From contig JASGHJ010000002.1 in assembly GCA_047602405.1 (NCBI GenBank), forward strand, positions 1,824,001 through 1,888,000: a stretch of DNA of 64,000 bases, in the 5' to 3' direction. Positions 31,970 through 42,224 of this stretch are shown here, piece after piece. The notes under the pieces were generated by a model. The model saw nothing but the letters and a program-made list of their open reading frames with translations. It was not told where the DNA came from and made no database searches. The first letter of the stretch is position 1. Each line of letters begins with the position of its first letter. This DNA is from Anaeromyxobacteraceae bacterium. Its GTDB lineage: Bacteria; Myxococcota; Myxococcia; Myxococcales; Anaeromyxobacteraceae. A program made the position numbers and the translations under genes.

Positions 31970-33193
31970 CTACTTCGCCGGCGCGTCGAGCCCGAAGGCC
32001 GTGTGGAGCTCGCGGACGGCGAGCTCCATGAACTTCGAGGCGATGACCATCGAGACCTTGATCTCGGAGGTCGAGATCATCTCGATGTTGATGCCCGCCG
32101 CGGCGAGCACCTCGAACGCCTTCGCGGCGACGCCCGCGTGGTTGCGCATGCCCACGCCGACGATGGAGACCTTCGCGATGGTCTCGTCGGTCTCGACCTT
32201 CTCGGCACCGACCTCCGCCATCACCCGCTTCACGATCTCGAGGGCCTTCGCGAGGTCGGTCTTCGGGACGGTGAAGGTGAGGTCGGTCTTGCCGTGCACG
32301 CCCACGTTCTGGACGATGAGGTCGACGATGATGTTGGCGTCGGCGAGCGGCTTGAAGACGCGCGAGGCGACGCCCGGCTTGTCGGACACGCCGCGCACCG
32401 CGATCTTGGCCTCGCTCTTGTCGTAGGCGATGCCGCTCACCACCAGGTGTTCCATTTCGTCGTCCTCCGGGCAGACCAGCGTCCCGGGGTCCTGGGTGAA
32501 GCTCGACTTCACCCAGAGCGGGACGGCGTACTTCATGGCGAACTCGACCGAGCGGATGTGCAGCACCTTGGCGCCGGCGCCGGCGAGCTCGAGCATCTCC
32601 TCGTAGGAGATGCGGTCGAGCTTGCGGGCCTCCGGCACGATGTTCGGGTCGGTGGTGTAGACGCCGTCGACGTCGGTGTAGATCTCGCAGGCGTCGGCGT
32701 TGATGGCGGCGGCGACGGCGACCGCGGTCGTGTCGGAGCCGCCGCGGCCGAGCGTCGTGATGTTGCCGTCCGCGTCCTCGCCCTGGAACCCGGCCACCAC
32801 GGCGATCTCGCCCTTGTCGAGCGCCGCCATCAGGCGCTCCTTGTCGATCGACTGGATGCGGGCCTTCGAGAAGGCGCTGTCGGTCAGGATGCGGACCTGC
32901 GGGCCGGTGAACGAGCGGGCCATCCCGCCCAGCGACTGGATCGCGAGCGCCGTGAGGCCGATGGTGACCTGCTCGCCGGTGGCGGCGACGACGTCCTGCT
33001 CGCGCTCGTCCGGCCGCGGGCTCGCGGCGTTCACGAGCTTGAGGAGGCGGTTCGTCTCGCCGGACATGGCCGAGACCACGACCACGATCTTGTTGCCGGC
33101 CTGCTGGGCGGCGAGCGCCCGCGTCGCGACGTTCCGGATGCGGTCGATGTCGGCGACGGAGGTGCCGCCGTACTTCTGCACGATGAGCGCCAC
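31970..33193 (-). CDS. lysC: Aspartate kinase
   Basis: [32 protein letters not shown], two ACT domains. Confidence 0.96.
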   Translation of the reverse strand: MALIVQKYGGTSVADIDRIRNVATRALAAQQAGNKIVVVVSAMSGETNRLLKLVNAASPRPDEREQDVVAATGEQVTIGLTALAIQSLGGMARSFTGPQVRILTDSAFSKARIQSIDKERLMAALDKGEIAVVAGFQGEDADGNITTLGRGGSDTTAVAVAAAINADACEIYTDVDGVYTTDPNIVPEARKLDRISYEEMLELAGAGAKVLHIRSVEFAMKYAVPLWVKSSFTQDPGTLVCPEDDEMEHLVVSGIAYDKSEAKIAVRGVSDKPGVASRVFKPLADANIIVDLIVQNVGVHGKTDLTFTVPKTDLAKALEIVKRVMAEVGAEKVETDETIAKVSIVGVGMRNHAGVAAKAFEVLAAAGINIEMISTSEIKVSMVIASKFMELAVRELHTAFGLDAPAK

Positions 33194-33238
33194 GCGGGTC
33201 CCTCGGGGAACGGCCCGGCTGACTGACCAGGGCCGGGC

Positions 33239-33267
33239 AGTCTAGGAACCCCTGCGGGGCCTGTCAA
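33239..33267 (-). promoter_or_regulatory. Sigma70-type promoter of lysC
   Basis: TTGACA-N17-TAGACT ~45 bp upstream of start. Confidence 0.6.
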
Positions 33268-33347
33268 CGCGCCGCGCCACCTCCTCGCCGCCCGGACCGC
33301 GCAGCTTTCGCTGCTTTCGCCCCGGAGGCGGGGTAGAACGCCCGGCC

Positions 33348-34885
33348 ATGCGAAGGGTCCTGCTCGACGGTGAGACGCTGAAGCTGGAGGAGGTCGTGGC
33401 CGTGGCGCGCGGTGAGGCCCGGGCGGAGCTCTCGCCCGACGCCCGCCTCCGGGTCCGGCGGTCGCGCGCGCTCGTCGAGGCGCGGCTCGAGGACGGCGAG
33501 CCGCACTACGGCATCAACACCGGCTTCGGCACCCTCGCCGAGGTCCGCATCGACCGCGCCGACCTCGAGAAGCTGCAGCGCAACCTCGTGCTCTCCCACG
33601 CCGCCGGCGTCGGCGCGCCCCTGCCCCTCCACGAGGCGCGCGCGCTCATCGTGCTGCGCGCGAACGTGCTCGCGAAGGGCGCCTCGGGGATCCGCGAGCA
33701 GACGCTCGACCTCCTCGTGCAGATGCTCGAGAAGGGCATCGTCCCGTACGTGCCCGAGCGCGGCTCGGTGGGCGCCTCGGGCGACCTCGCGCCGCTCGCG
33801 CACCTCGCGCTCGCGGTGATCGGCGAGGGCGAGGTGTTCTGGGCGCCCCCGGGCGCCGAGCCCGCCCGGATGTCCGCGGGGGAGGCGCTCGCGAGGGCGG
33901 GGCTGAAGCCGGCGGTGCTCGAGCCGAAGGAGGGCCTCGCGCTCGTGAACGGCACGCAGGCGATGGCGGCCGTGGGCACCCACGCGCTCGTCCGCGCCGA
34001 GCGGCTCGCCCGCGTGGCCGACCTCGCCGGGGCCATGACGCTCGAGGGGCTCCTCGGCTCGCACCGGCCCTTCGAGCCGGCCATCCAGGCGGTGCGCGGG
34101 CAGCCCGGGCAGATCGAGGCCGCCGCGCACCTCCGGGCGCTGCTGCAGGCTCGGAGATCAACGCCTCGCACCAGGGCCCCGACTGCCACAAGGTGCAGGA
34201 CCCCTACTCGCTCCGCTGCATGCCGCAGGTGCACGGCGCCGCGCGCGACGGGATCGGCTTCGCCCGCGGCGTGCTCGCCCGGGAGATCAACGCGGCGACC
34301 GACAACCCGCTCGTCTTCCCGGGCGACTCCGGGAACCCCGCCGACGGCGACATCGTGTCCGGCGGCAACTTCCACGGCCAGCCGGTGGCGCTCGCGCTCG
34401 ACGTGCTCGCGATCGCGATCTCGCACCTCGCCGCGATCTCCGAGCGGCGCGTCGAGCAGCTCGTGAACCCGTCGCTCTCGAACCTCCCGCCGTTCCTGGC
34501 GCCGAACCCGGGGCTCAACTCGGGCTACATGATCGCGCAGGTCACCTCGGCGGCGCTCGTCTCCGAGAACAAGGTGCTCTGCCACCCGGCCTCGGTGGAC
34601 TCGATCCCGTCGTCGGCCGGCCGCGAGGACCACGTCTCGATGGGCATGGCCGCGGCGCTGAAGGCCCGCCAGGTCGTCGAGAACGTCCGCACCTGCCTCG
34701 CGATCGAGCTCCTCGTCGCGGCGCAGGCGATCGACCTGCGCAAGCCGCTCCAGCCGGCCGCGCGGATCGCCGAGGCGCACGCGAAGATCCGCGCGGTCGC
34801 GCCCCGCCTCGAGGCGGACCGCACGCTGCACAAGGACATCGAGGCGGTCGCGCGGCTGGTGGACGACGGGGAGCTGGACCTGTAG
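33348..34885 (+). CDS. hutH: Histidine ammonia-lyase; one-base deletion near 34149
   Basis: [20 protein letters not shown] (ASG MIO), [21 protein letters not shown]; halves in different frames. Confidence 0.92.
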
Positions 34886-34961
34886 CGCGAGGAGCGGCAC
34901 GGCGCCTCCGGCCGCGCTATGACCCGGGGCGAGCCGGGACCCCGACCGGGAGGATCACCCC

Positions 34962-35234
34962 GTGTGCCGCAACATCCGCGTCCTCTACCACTTCGAGCCC
35001 CCCACCACCCCCGAGGAGGTGCAGGCTGCGGCGCTGCAGTACGTCCGGAAGGTGAGCGGCCTGCCGAAGCCGTCCGCGGCGGACCACGCCGCCTTCGACC
35101 GCGCGGTCCGCGAGGTCGCCCGGGCGACCGAGAAGCTGCTCGAGGGGCTCACGGCGCAGACGGCCGTGCGTACCCGCGAGGGAGAGCGCGAGAAGGCGCG
35201 GGCCCGGTTCGAGCGCCGCAGCCGCAGCTCTTAG
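34962..35234 (+). CDS. DUF2277 family protein
   Basis: MCRNI.VL..FEPPTT.EEV.AAALQYVRKVSG signature. Confidence 0.8.
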   Translation: MCRNIRVLYHFEPPTTPEEVQAAALQYVRKVSGLPKPSAADHAAFDRAVREVARATEKLLEGLTAQTAVRTREGEREKARARFERRSRSS

Positions 35235-37063
35235 GCGTGGGCGGCCGGCGCCCCCGCGACGGGCGGTGAGGCCTCGTCGTCGACCGGCTCGGCGACCGGG
35301 AGCCTGACGCGGAACTCGGCGCCTCGCCCCGCCCCGGCGCTGTGGGCCTCGACCTCGCCTCCGTGCAGGACCGCGATCCCCTTCACGAGCGCGAGGCCGA
35401 GCCCGAGCCCGCCGTGGGCGCGTCCGGGGCCCAGCGGACCCTGCGTGAACGGCTCGAAGAGCGAGTCGATCACCTCGGGGGCGATGCCTGCGCCGGTGTC
35501 CACGACCGAGACGATCGCCTGGTCCCCCTCGAGCTCGAGCCCGAGCCGGACGGCGCCCCCGCGCGGCGTGAAGCGGGCCGCGTTCTGCAGGAGGTTGCGC
35601 AGCACCTGCGAGAGGCGGACCTCGTCGCCGCTCAGCGGCACGGGTGACGCGGGCATCGCGACCGTCAGGCTCACCCCGGCGTCCTCGAACTGCGCGCGGT
35701 GGTCCTCCCCCGCGCGGCGGACGACCTCGGCGAGATCGAGCGGCCGCTTCAGGAGCTGGATCTTCCCGCGGGCGATCCGGCTCACGTCGAGGAGGTCGTC
35801 GACGAGCCGGGTGAGGTGGGCCACCTGCCGCCCGATGATCGCCTGCGACCGCCGCGACGGCTCGGAGCCCGGCGGCACGCGCTCGAGGATCGCGAGCGAG
35901 TTGCGGATGGGCGCGAGCGGGTTCCGCAGCTCGTGGGAGAGCACGGCCAGGAACTGGTCCTTGCGGCGGTCCGCCTCCCGCAAGGACGCCATCGCGGCCT
36001 CGAGCCGGCGGCGCTCGAGCGCGAGCCCGTTCGCCATCTCGACGAACGTCCCCGAGACCGCCCGCACCTCGTCCGGCCCGGCGTCGACCGGCTCGACCGC
36101 CCGGCCCTCCTTCCAGGCGGCGGCCTGCCGGGAGAGGCGCCGGAGCGGCTCCGCAATCCAGCGCCCGATCACCACCGAGGCGACGAGCCCGCCGAGCGCG
36201 AGCACCAGCACGACCGCCCCGCGCACCGCGAGGTCCCGCCACAGGGGCGCCATCACCACCGAGACCGGCGTGGCGGCCCGGACGACCCAGCCCCCAACGC
36301 CGGCGGGCACCACCGCCGCGACGCGCCGGTCGCGCTCGATGTCCGAGACGTCGATGCCGGTCGCCTCCTCGCCCGCGAGCGCCCGGGCCACGAGCGGCAT
36401 CGACACGGGCACCTGCCGGTGGCTCCAGCCCCCGTGCTGCAGGGCGGTGCGGTGGACGAGCCGGCCGTTCCCGTCGATCACGCTCACCGTCGCCTGGCGC
36501 GGACGCAGCCCCGCGAGCGCGCGCTGATCGAGCCGGTCCGGCTCGACGACGGCGACCACCAGGTGGTCGAGGGCGCCGCGTTCGTCGCGGATGGCGATGG
36601 CGAGGCCGAACACCGGCTGGCCGTCCACCCGGGACGGGGTGATCCCGCCGAGCGCGCGCTCCGCGCCGGCCTGGATGGCCCGGAAGTAGTCGCGGTCCGA
36701 GACGTCGATGCCGACGGCGCGCGGGTCGCTCGCGGCGATCACCTTCCCTGCGGCGTCCGCCCAGAGGAACCAGCGCACGGCCGGGCGCTTCCCCGCCGCC
36801 CGCGCCAGCAAGCGACGCGTGGCCTCCCGATCGACGCCCTGCTGTGAAGCCGCCGCGCCCAGGATGGCGGCCTCGTCCCCGAGCCCGTCCACGTAGGCCT
36901 GGAACGAGGAGGCGGCCGCGCGGGCGAGGTCCAGGTTGGACGCCTCCTCCGCCTCGAGCCTCGCGCGGGACGCCCAGAGCCCGGCCGCGATCGACGTCAC
37001 CGCCATGGGCACGGCCCACGCGAGCGCAAGGAGGAGGAGCCGGCTGCGGATGGTCCGCGGCAT
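35231..37063 (-). CDS. Sensor histidine kinase (Cache sensor, HAMP, HisKA, HATPase)
   Basis: SDRDYF Cache motif, LSHELRNPL, NLLQNAARFT, DTGAGI, GLGLGL. Confidence 0.92.
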   Translation of the reverse strand: MPRTIRSRLLLLALAWAVPMAVTSIAAGLWASRARLEAEEASNLDLARAAASSFQAYVDGLGDEAAILGAAASQQGVDREATRRLLARAAGKRPAVRWFLWADAAGKVIAASDPRAVGIDVSDRDYFRAIQAGAERALGGITPSRVDGQPVFGLAIAIRDERGALDHLVVAVVEPDRLDQRALAGLRPRQATVSVIDGNGRLVHRTALQHGGWSHRQVPVSMPLVARALAGEEATGIDVSDIERDRRVAAVVPAGVGGWVVRAATPVSVVMAPLWRDLAVRGAVVLVLALGGLVASVVIGRWIAEPLRRLSRQAAAWKEGRAVEPVDAGPDEVRAVSGTFVEMANGLALERRRLEAAMASLREADRRKDQFLAVLSHELRNPLAPIRNSLAILERVPPGSEPSRRSQAIIGRQVAHLTRLVDDLLDVSRIARGKIQLLKRPLDLAEVVRRAGEDHRAQFEDAGVSLTVAMPASPVPLSGDEVRLSQVLRNLLQNAARFTPRGGAVRLGLELEGDQAIVSVVDTGAGIAPEVIDSLFEPFTQGPLGPGRAHGGLGLGLALVKGIAVLHGGEVEAHSAGAGRGAEFRVRLPVAEPVDDEASPPVAGAPAAHA

Positions 37064-37161
37064 TCACGCCTCGGGCAGGTGTCGTCCCTCGCACCACGCG
37101 CGGTCACCCTGTCCGCGGATGTGAACGCACCGCGCGGCGGCCGGGATTCCCGGGGCCGGCG

Positions 37162-38247
37162 TCAGCGCACGGCGAGCCGCACGGCGCGGCGCAGCCCGGG
37201 GTAGCGCAGCCGCTCGAGCGCCTCCGCCGGCGTGAGCCACGCCTGCTCGACGTGCTCGCTCGAGAGCGCGACGCGGGCGTCCGCCGGCACCCTCGCCACG
37301 AAGGCGGTCTCCTCGACGAGCCGCACCCCGGCGCCCTTCGTGTACGAGAGGAGCGGATCGATCCCGAAACCGTGGGTGTAGCCGAGCGGCGAGACGGCGG
37401 CGTCGAGCCCGGTCTCCTCGAGGAGCTCGCGCCGGGCGGCGACCTCGGTGGCCTCGCCGGGCTCGATGCGCCCGGTGACGGGCTGCCAGAACCCTCCCCG
37501 CTCCTCGTTCCGGCGCAGGACGAGCACCTTGCCGTCCGCCCGCACGACCACCACCGAGACCGTCCGGACCTCGAGCGCGCGCTCCTCGCGGGTGCGGCCC
37601 AGGGTCTCGGCGAGGTGCCCGGCGAGCTGCTGCTCGACCGCCGCCAGCTCCGGCGCGGCCCGGCCGCGGCGCTCGAGCTCCTCCGCGAGGCTCGTCACCC
37701 CGAGGCGCGGGTCGGAGATCCCGCACGGCACGATCACCTGGAAGTGCCGCATGTCCGGGCGCACGTTGAACGCGAGCCCGTGCGAGGTGATCCAGCGCGA
37801 GAGGTGCACGCCGACCGCGCCGATCTTCTTCCAGCCCACCCAGGCGCCGCGGTGCTCCTCGTGGCGGCCCGCCTCGACGCCGTGGTCGGCGCAGGTGCGG
37901 ATCATCGCCTCCTCGAGCGCGGCCACGTACTTGCGGACGTCGGGGCGGTCGGAGAGATCGACCACCGGGTAGCCGACGATCTGGCCGGGCCCGTGGTAGG
38001 TGACGTCGCCGCCGCGGTCGGTCTCGTGGAGCTCGAAGCCCTGCGACTCGAGCCACGCCGGCGCGGCGAGGATGTTCTTCCGCTCGGCGGCGCGGCCGAG
38101 GGTGAGCACCGGGGGGTGCTCGAGCAGGAACAGCCAGTCGACGTCGGGCGGCGTCCTCGCGCGCACGGCGTCGCCCGCGAGCTTCATGAGCGCGAGCCCG
38201 TCCTGGTACTCGCAGCGGCCGAGGCGGTAGGTGCGGAGGGTCCTCAA
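37162..38247 (-). CDS. lipB: Lipoyl(octanoyl) transferase LipB fused to C-terminal Nudix hydrolase
   Basis: LEHPPVLTLG, DRGGDVTYHGPGQ, IVPCG; Nudix box GRIEPGEATEVAARRELLEETGL. Confidence 0.92.
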   Translation of the reverse strand: MRTLRTYRLGRCEYQDGLALMKLAGDAVRARTPPDVDWLFLLEHPPVLTLGRAAERKNILAAPAWLESQGFELHETDRGGDVTYHGPGQIVGYPVVDLSDRPDVRKYVAALEEAMIRTCADHGVEAGRHEEHRGAWVGWKKIGAVGVHLSRWITSHGLAFNVRPDMRHFQVIVPCGISDPRLGVTSLAEELERRGRAAPELAAVEQQLAGHLAETLGRTREERALEVRTVSVVVVRADGKVLVLRRNEERGGFWQPVTGRIEPGEATEVAARRELLEETGLDAAVSPLGYTHGFGIDPLLSYTKGAGVRLVEETAFVARVPADARVALSSEHVEQAWLTPAEALERLRYPGLRRAVRLAVR

Positions 38248-38250
38248 GCG

Positions 38251-39693
38251 CTACGCCCGCGCCTCGGCGCCGTCCTTCTTCGGGCGCTCCGGGCGGTTGA
38301 GGGCGTGGATGGCCTCGCCCAGCGCGGCCTTGCAGGCCTCCATGAAGGCCTCGGAGAGCGTCGGGTGGGCGTGGATGGTGAGCGCCACGTCCTCCACGTA
38401 GGCGCCCATCTCGAGGGCGAGGGCGGCCTCGGCGATGAGGTCGGACGCCTCGGGGCCGACCATCGTCACGCCCAGGAGGAGCTTCGTGTTCCGGTCGCCG
38501 ACGACCTTCACGAACCCCTCGGTGTGGTCGATGGCGATGGCGCGGCCGAGCGCGCCGAAGGCGAACTTGCCCACGATGGGATCGTGGCCGGCCTTCCGGG
38601 CCTCCTCCTCGCTCATCCCGACGGTGCCGATCTCCGGATCGGTGAACACGGCGCCCGGGAGCGCCTGCCAGTCGCGGGCCGACTTCATGCCGGCGATGAC
38701 CTCGGCGGCGATCTCGCCCTCCTTCGACGCCTTGTGCGCGAGGAACGGCGCGCCGGTGACGTCCCCGATGGCGAAGATCGAGGGGACGTTCGTGCGGTAC
38801 TGCGCGTCCACCTCGATGAACCCGCGCTGCGAGATCTTCACGCCGACCTTGTCGAGGCCGAGCCCGTCCGCGTTCGGGCGGAAGCCGACGCCGACGAGGA
38901 TCTTGTCGGCGGCGATGACCTCCTCCTTGCCGTCGATCTCCGCCTTCACGAGGAGCTCGCCGCCCTTCTTCTCGTAGCCCTTCGCCTTCGCGTTCACGTG
39001 GACCGTGACCTCGCGCTGGCGCAGGCCCTTCTGGACGAGCCGGACGGCCTCGGGATCGATGCCGTTCAGGATCGCCGGCAGGGCCTCGAGGAAGGTCACC
39101 TTCGTGCCGAGCTTCGCGTACACCGTGCCGAGCTCCATCCCGATGATGCCGCCGCCGATGACGACGAGGCGCTTCGGCAGCTCGGGGAGGTCGACGGCCT
39201 GCTCGGCGGTCCAGACGTCCTTGCCGTCGTGCTTGAAGCCCGGGATCTCGATGGGCCGCGCGCCCGTCGCGACGATGAAGGCGCCCGCCTCGACGCGGGT
39301 GGCCTGGCCGTTCTCCACGACCTCGACGGCGTTCGGGGCGACGAAGGTCGCGGTGCCCTTGATGACCTCGACGCCGTTGCCCTTCTCGAGCTGGCCGACG
39401 CCGCCGACGAGCTTCTTCACGACCTTGTTCTTGAACTCGCGGAGCTTCGCGATGTCGACCTTCGGCGCGTCGACGAGGATGCCGCGGTCGGCGGCGCCCT
39501 TCACCTCCTCGACGAGGTTCGCGGCGGCGATGAGCGCCTTCGAGGGGATGCACCCCCAGTTCAGGCAGACGCCGCCGAGCGCGCCCTTGTCGACGAGGGC
39601 GGTCTTCTTCCCGAGCTGCGCGAGGCGGATGGCGGCGACGTAGCCGCCGGGGCCCGCACCGATCACGACGGCGTCGAAGGTCTTCTGGGTCAT
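38251..39693 (-). CDS. lpdA: Dihydrolipoyl dehydrogenase (E3)
   Basis: GAGPGGYVAAIR, GGVCLNWGCIPSK, HAHPTLSE. Confidence 0.96.
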   Translation of the reverse strand: MTQKTFDAVVIGAGPGGYVAAIRLAQLGKKTALVDKGALGGVCLNWGCIPSKALIAAANLVEEVKGAADRGILVDAPKVDIAKLREFKNKVVKKLVGGVGQLEKGNGVEVIKGTATFVAPNAVEVVENGQATRVEAGAFIVATGARPIEIPGFKHDGKDVWTAEQAVDLPELPKRLVVIGGGIIGMELGTVYAKLGTKVTFLEALPAILNGIDPEAVRLVQKGLRQREVTVHVNAKAKGYEKKGGELLVKAEIDGKEEVIAADKILVGVGFRPNADGLGLDKVGVKISQRGFIEVDAQYRTNVPSIFAIGDVTGAPFLAHKASKEGEIAAEVIAGMKSARDWQALPGAVFTDPEIGTVGMSEEEARKAGHDPIVGKFAFGALGRAIAIDHTEGFVKVVGDRNTKLLLGVTMVGPEASDLIAEAALALEMGAYVEDVALTIHAHPTLSEAFMEACKAALGEAIHALNRPERPKKDGAEARA

Positions 39694-39754
39694 AGGGGTC
39701 TCCGGTCGTTCCGGGGGCCTTCGTATAGCGCGGAGGACCCTCCCGAAACAGGGC

Positions 39755-41552
39755 CTATTTGTGGTGGAGTTCCGAGGAGATCCAGGCGTCGATCCGCCGC
39801 TCCAGCACGTCGAGCGGCAGGGTGCCCGCGAGCAGCACCGCGTCGTGGAAGCCCCGGACGTCGAAGCGCGGGCCGAGCGCCCTCTCCGCGCGCGTGCGCA
39901 GCTCGCGGATCCTGAGCTGGCCGACCTTGTACGCGAGGGCCTGGCCGGGCGTCGCGATGTACCGGTCGATTCTCGTTCGTCGCGTCGAGCTCCTGGCGCG
40001 GCGAGTTCTCGAGGAAGTACGCGAGCGCCCGATCTCGGGTCCAGCCCTTCAGGTGCATGCCGGTGTCGACGACGAGCCGCACCGCCCGCCACATCTCGTA
40101 GGCGAGCTGGCCGAAGGCATCGTACGGGTCCTCGTAGAGCCCGAGCTCGTAGCCGAGCGTCTCGCAGTACAGCGCCCAGCCCTCGCCGAAGGCCATGTGG
40201 TAGCCGTAGCGCCGGAACTCGGGCAGCCCCGGCGCCTCGAAGGCGAGCGCGGTCTGCAGGTGGTGCCCGGGCACGGCCTCGTGCAGCGTGAGCGGCACCA
40301 TCTCCCAGATCGGGCGGGTCTCGGGGCGGTAGAGGTTGACGAGGTACGTGCCGGCCCTGGAGCCGTCCATCGCGCCCTGGAAGTAGAAGCCGGTGGTCGC
40401 GTCGGGCGCCATCGCCGCGGGCGTGGGCTCGACGCCGTACGGCATGCGCGGCAGGGTGCGGAAGAGCTTCACGAGCGTGGGGTCGATGCGCTTCGCGAGG
40501 TCGCGGTAGTGGCGCAGGAGCGCCTCGGGCGTCGGCTCGTAGAAGCGCGGGTCCTTGCGCAGGAACGCGAAGAACTCGGCGAGGCTGCCCTTGAAGCCGG
40601 TGCTCGCCTTCACGCGCTCCATCTCGCCGCGCAGGCGCGCGACCTCGGAGAGGCCGAGCTGGTGCAGCGTCTCCGGCGCGAGGTCGGTGGTCGTCGAGCG
40701 GCGGGCCCAGTACGCGTAGAGCTTCTCGCCGTCCTTCCACCGACCGATGCCGACCGCCTCTGGCGCCGCCGGGACGTAGACGTCGCCGAGGAAAGCGCGG
40801 AAGCGCGCGAGCGCGGGGCGCACCACGTCGTTCACCGCCGCCGCGGCCGCCTTCGCGAGCCGCGCCTGGTCGGCCGCCGGCACCGACGCGGGCATGTGCA
40901 CGAACGGTTCGTACCAGCCGCTCTTCTCGAGCGGCTCGGCGAGCTGCCGGTCCACCTGCCCCGGGATGCGCTCGAGCACGACCTTCGCCGGCACCATCCC
41001 GCGGGCCACGCCCTCCTTCAGGAGCGCGACGGTCTGGTCGACGTAGGTGCCGAACGACTCGAGCCGCTGCAGCCACTCCTCGTGGTCGGCGACCGTCTCG
41101 AAGCGCAGCTGGCCGGCGAGCTCGTAGGCGGCCTGCACGCCGGGGAGCTGGCGCACGCCCTCCGGGAGCCCGGCCTGCGGGCTGACCGCGACGGCGTGCC
41201 AGCCGAGATCGTGGGCCTCGGCCCAGAGCTGGTGGTCCCGGCGGAGGAGCTCGGCGTTCAGGCGGTCCTCGGCGGAGAGCTTGCCCGCGAGGAGCGCGTC
41301 GAGCTTCTTCACGAGCTCGCCGTCGTGCTTCCGGCGCGCCGCGATGGCGTCGGCGGAGAGATTGTCCCAGCGGCCGTTCCAGCGGCGGTCGCCGATGATC
41401 GAGGCGTAGGTGGGCGACTCGTGGAGCTCGTGGTTCCAGTCGTCCGCGATGAGCTTCGCGAGCACGGGGGACTCCGTCGGTTTCCTGGAGGGTGCGCCCG
41501 GGGGCGCTGCGACGAGAAGCGCGGCGGCCACGGCGAGGGGGAGCGAACTCAT
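39755..41552 (-). CDS. DUF885 family secreted protein; probable frameshift at 39968-39972
   Basis: Signal peptide; [26 protein letters not shown]; restored [19 protein letters not shown]. Confidence 0.88.
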
Positions 41553-41609
41553 CGACAGGGTGTAACATGGCAGGCACTCCAGTTCAGGCGTCGCCGCCCG
41601 GAGGATCCT

Positions 41610-42224
41610 CTGCCCTCGCGTGTCCTCGTCCTTGCCTGCCTCACCCTCTCGGTCTGTCCGGCCTCGGCCCGGGGCGCGGGAGGCGGACCGGTCTGGATCG
41701 TGGGGACCGGCTGGGACCACGGGTTCAGCCAGATTGCCGAGGTCCGGTTCACGAACGGCGCCACCTCCACGCTCGAGGCGAACGGCGGCTACACCACCTA
41801 CGCCGGCGCCTCCTTCCTGCCGGCCCTCGACGGGCGGCTCGCGACCCGGGTGACCGCCGGGTTCAAGTACGACGCCATCCGGGCGCGCAACGGATCGGTG
41901 AGCTACCGCGCCTTCCCGCTCGAGGTGAGCGAGCGGCTCGATCTCGGCCCGCTGCGCCTCGGCCTCGGCGCGTCCCTCGTGGTGGGGCCCCGGCTCTCCG
42001 GGCGGCTCGACTCGCAGTCGGCCCACCAGGACCTCAGGACCTCGCTCGGGCTCGTCGGCCGCCTCGCCTGCGCCTTCCCCTGCCCGAGCGGTGCCTGCGA
42101 GCTCGAGCTCGGCGCGCGCGGCGTGCTGCAGCGGTTCCAGGCCTCCTCGGGCGGCCCCGCGACCGACGCGAACGCGATCGGGCTCTACGCCGAGGTCCAC
42201 CTCGGCGGCGGGAGGAAGCCGTGA
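41610..42224 (+). CDS. Hypothetical small outer-membrane beta-barrel-like protein (start uncertain, possibly CTG)
   Basis: GGAGGA RBS before CTG; signal-like N-terminus; amphipathic beta-strands. Confidence 0.55.
   Translation: MPSRVLVLACLTLSVCPASARGAGGGPVWIVGTGWDHGFSQIAEVRFTNGATSTLEANGGYTTYAGASFLPALDGRLATRVTAGFKYDAIRARNGSVSYRAFPLEVSERLDLGPLRLGLGASLVVGPRLSGRLDSQSAHQDLRTSLGLVGRLACAFPCPSGACELELGARGVLQRFQASSGGPATDANAIGLYAEVHLGGGRKP

Noticed and set aside
33348..34885. hutH and other frameshifted genes as pseudogenes or programmed frameshifts
   Set aside because: Single indels with no other decay, mostly at recurring motifs, and no slippery heptamers; sequencing error is more parsimonious
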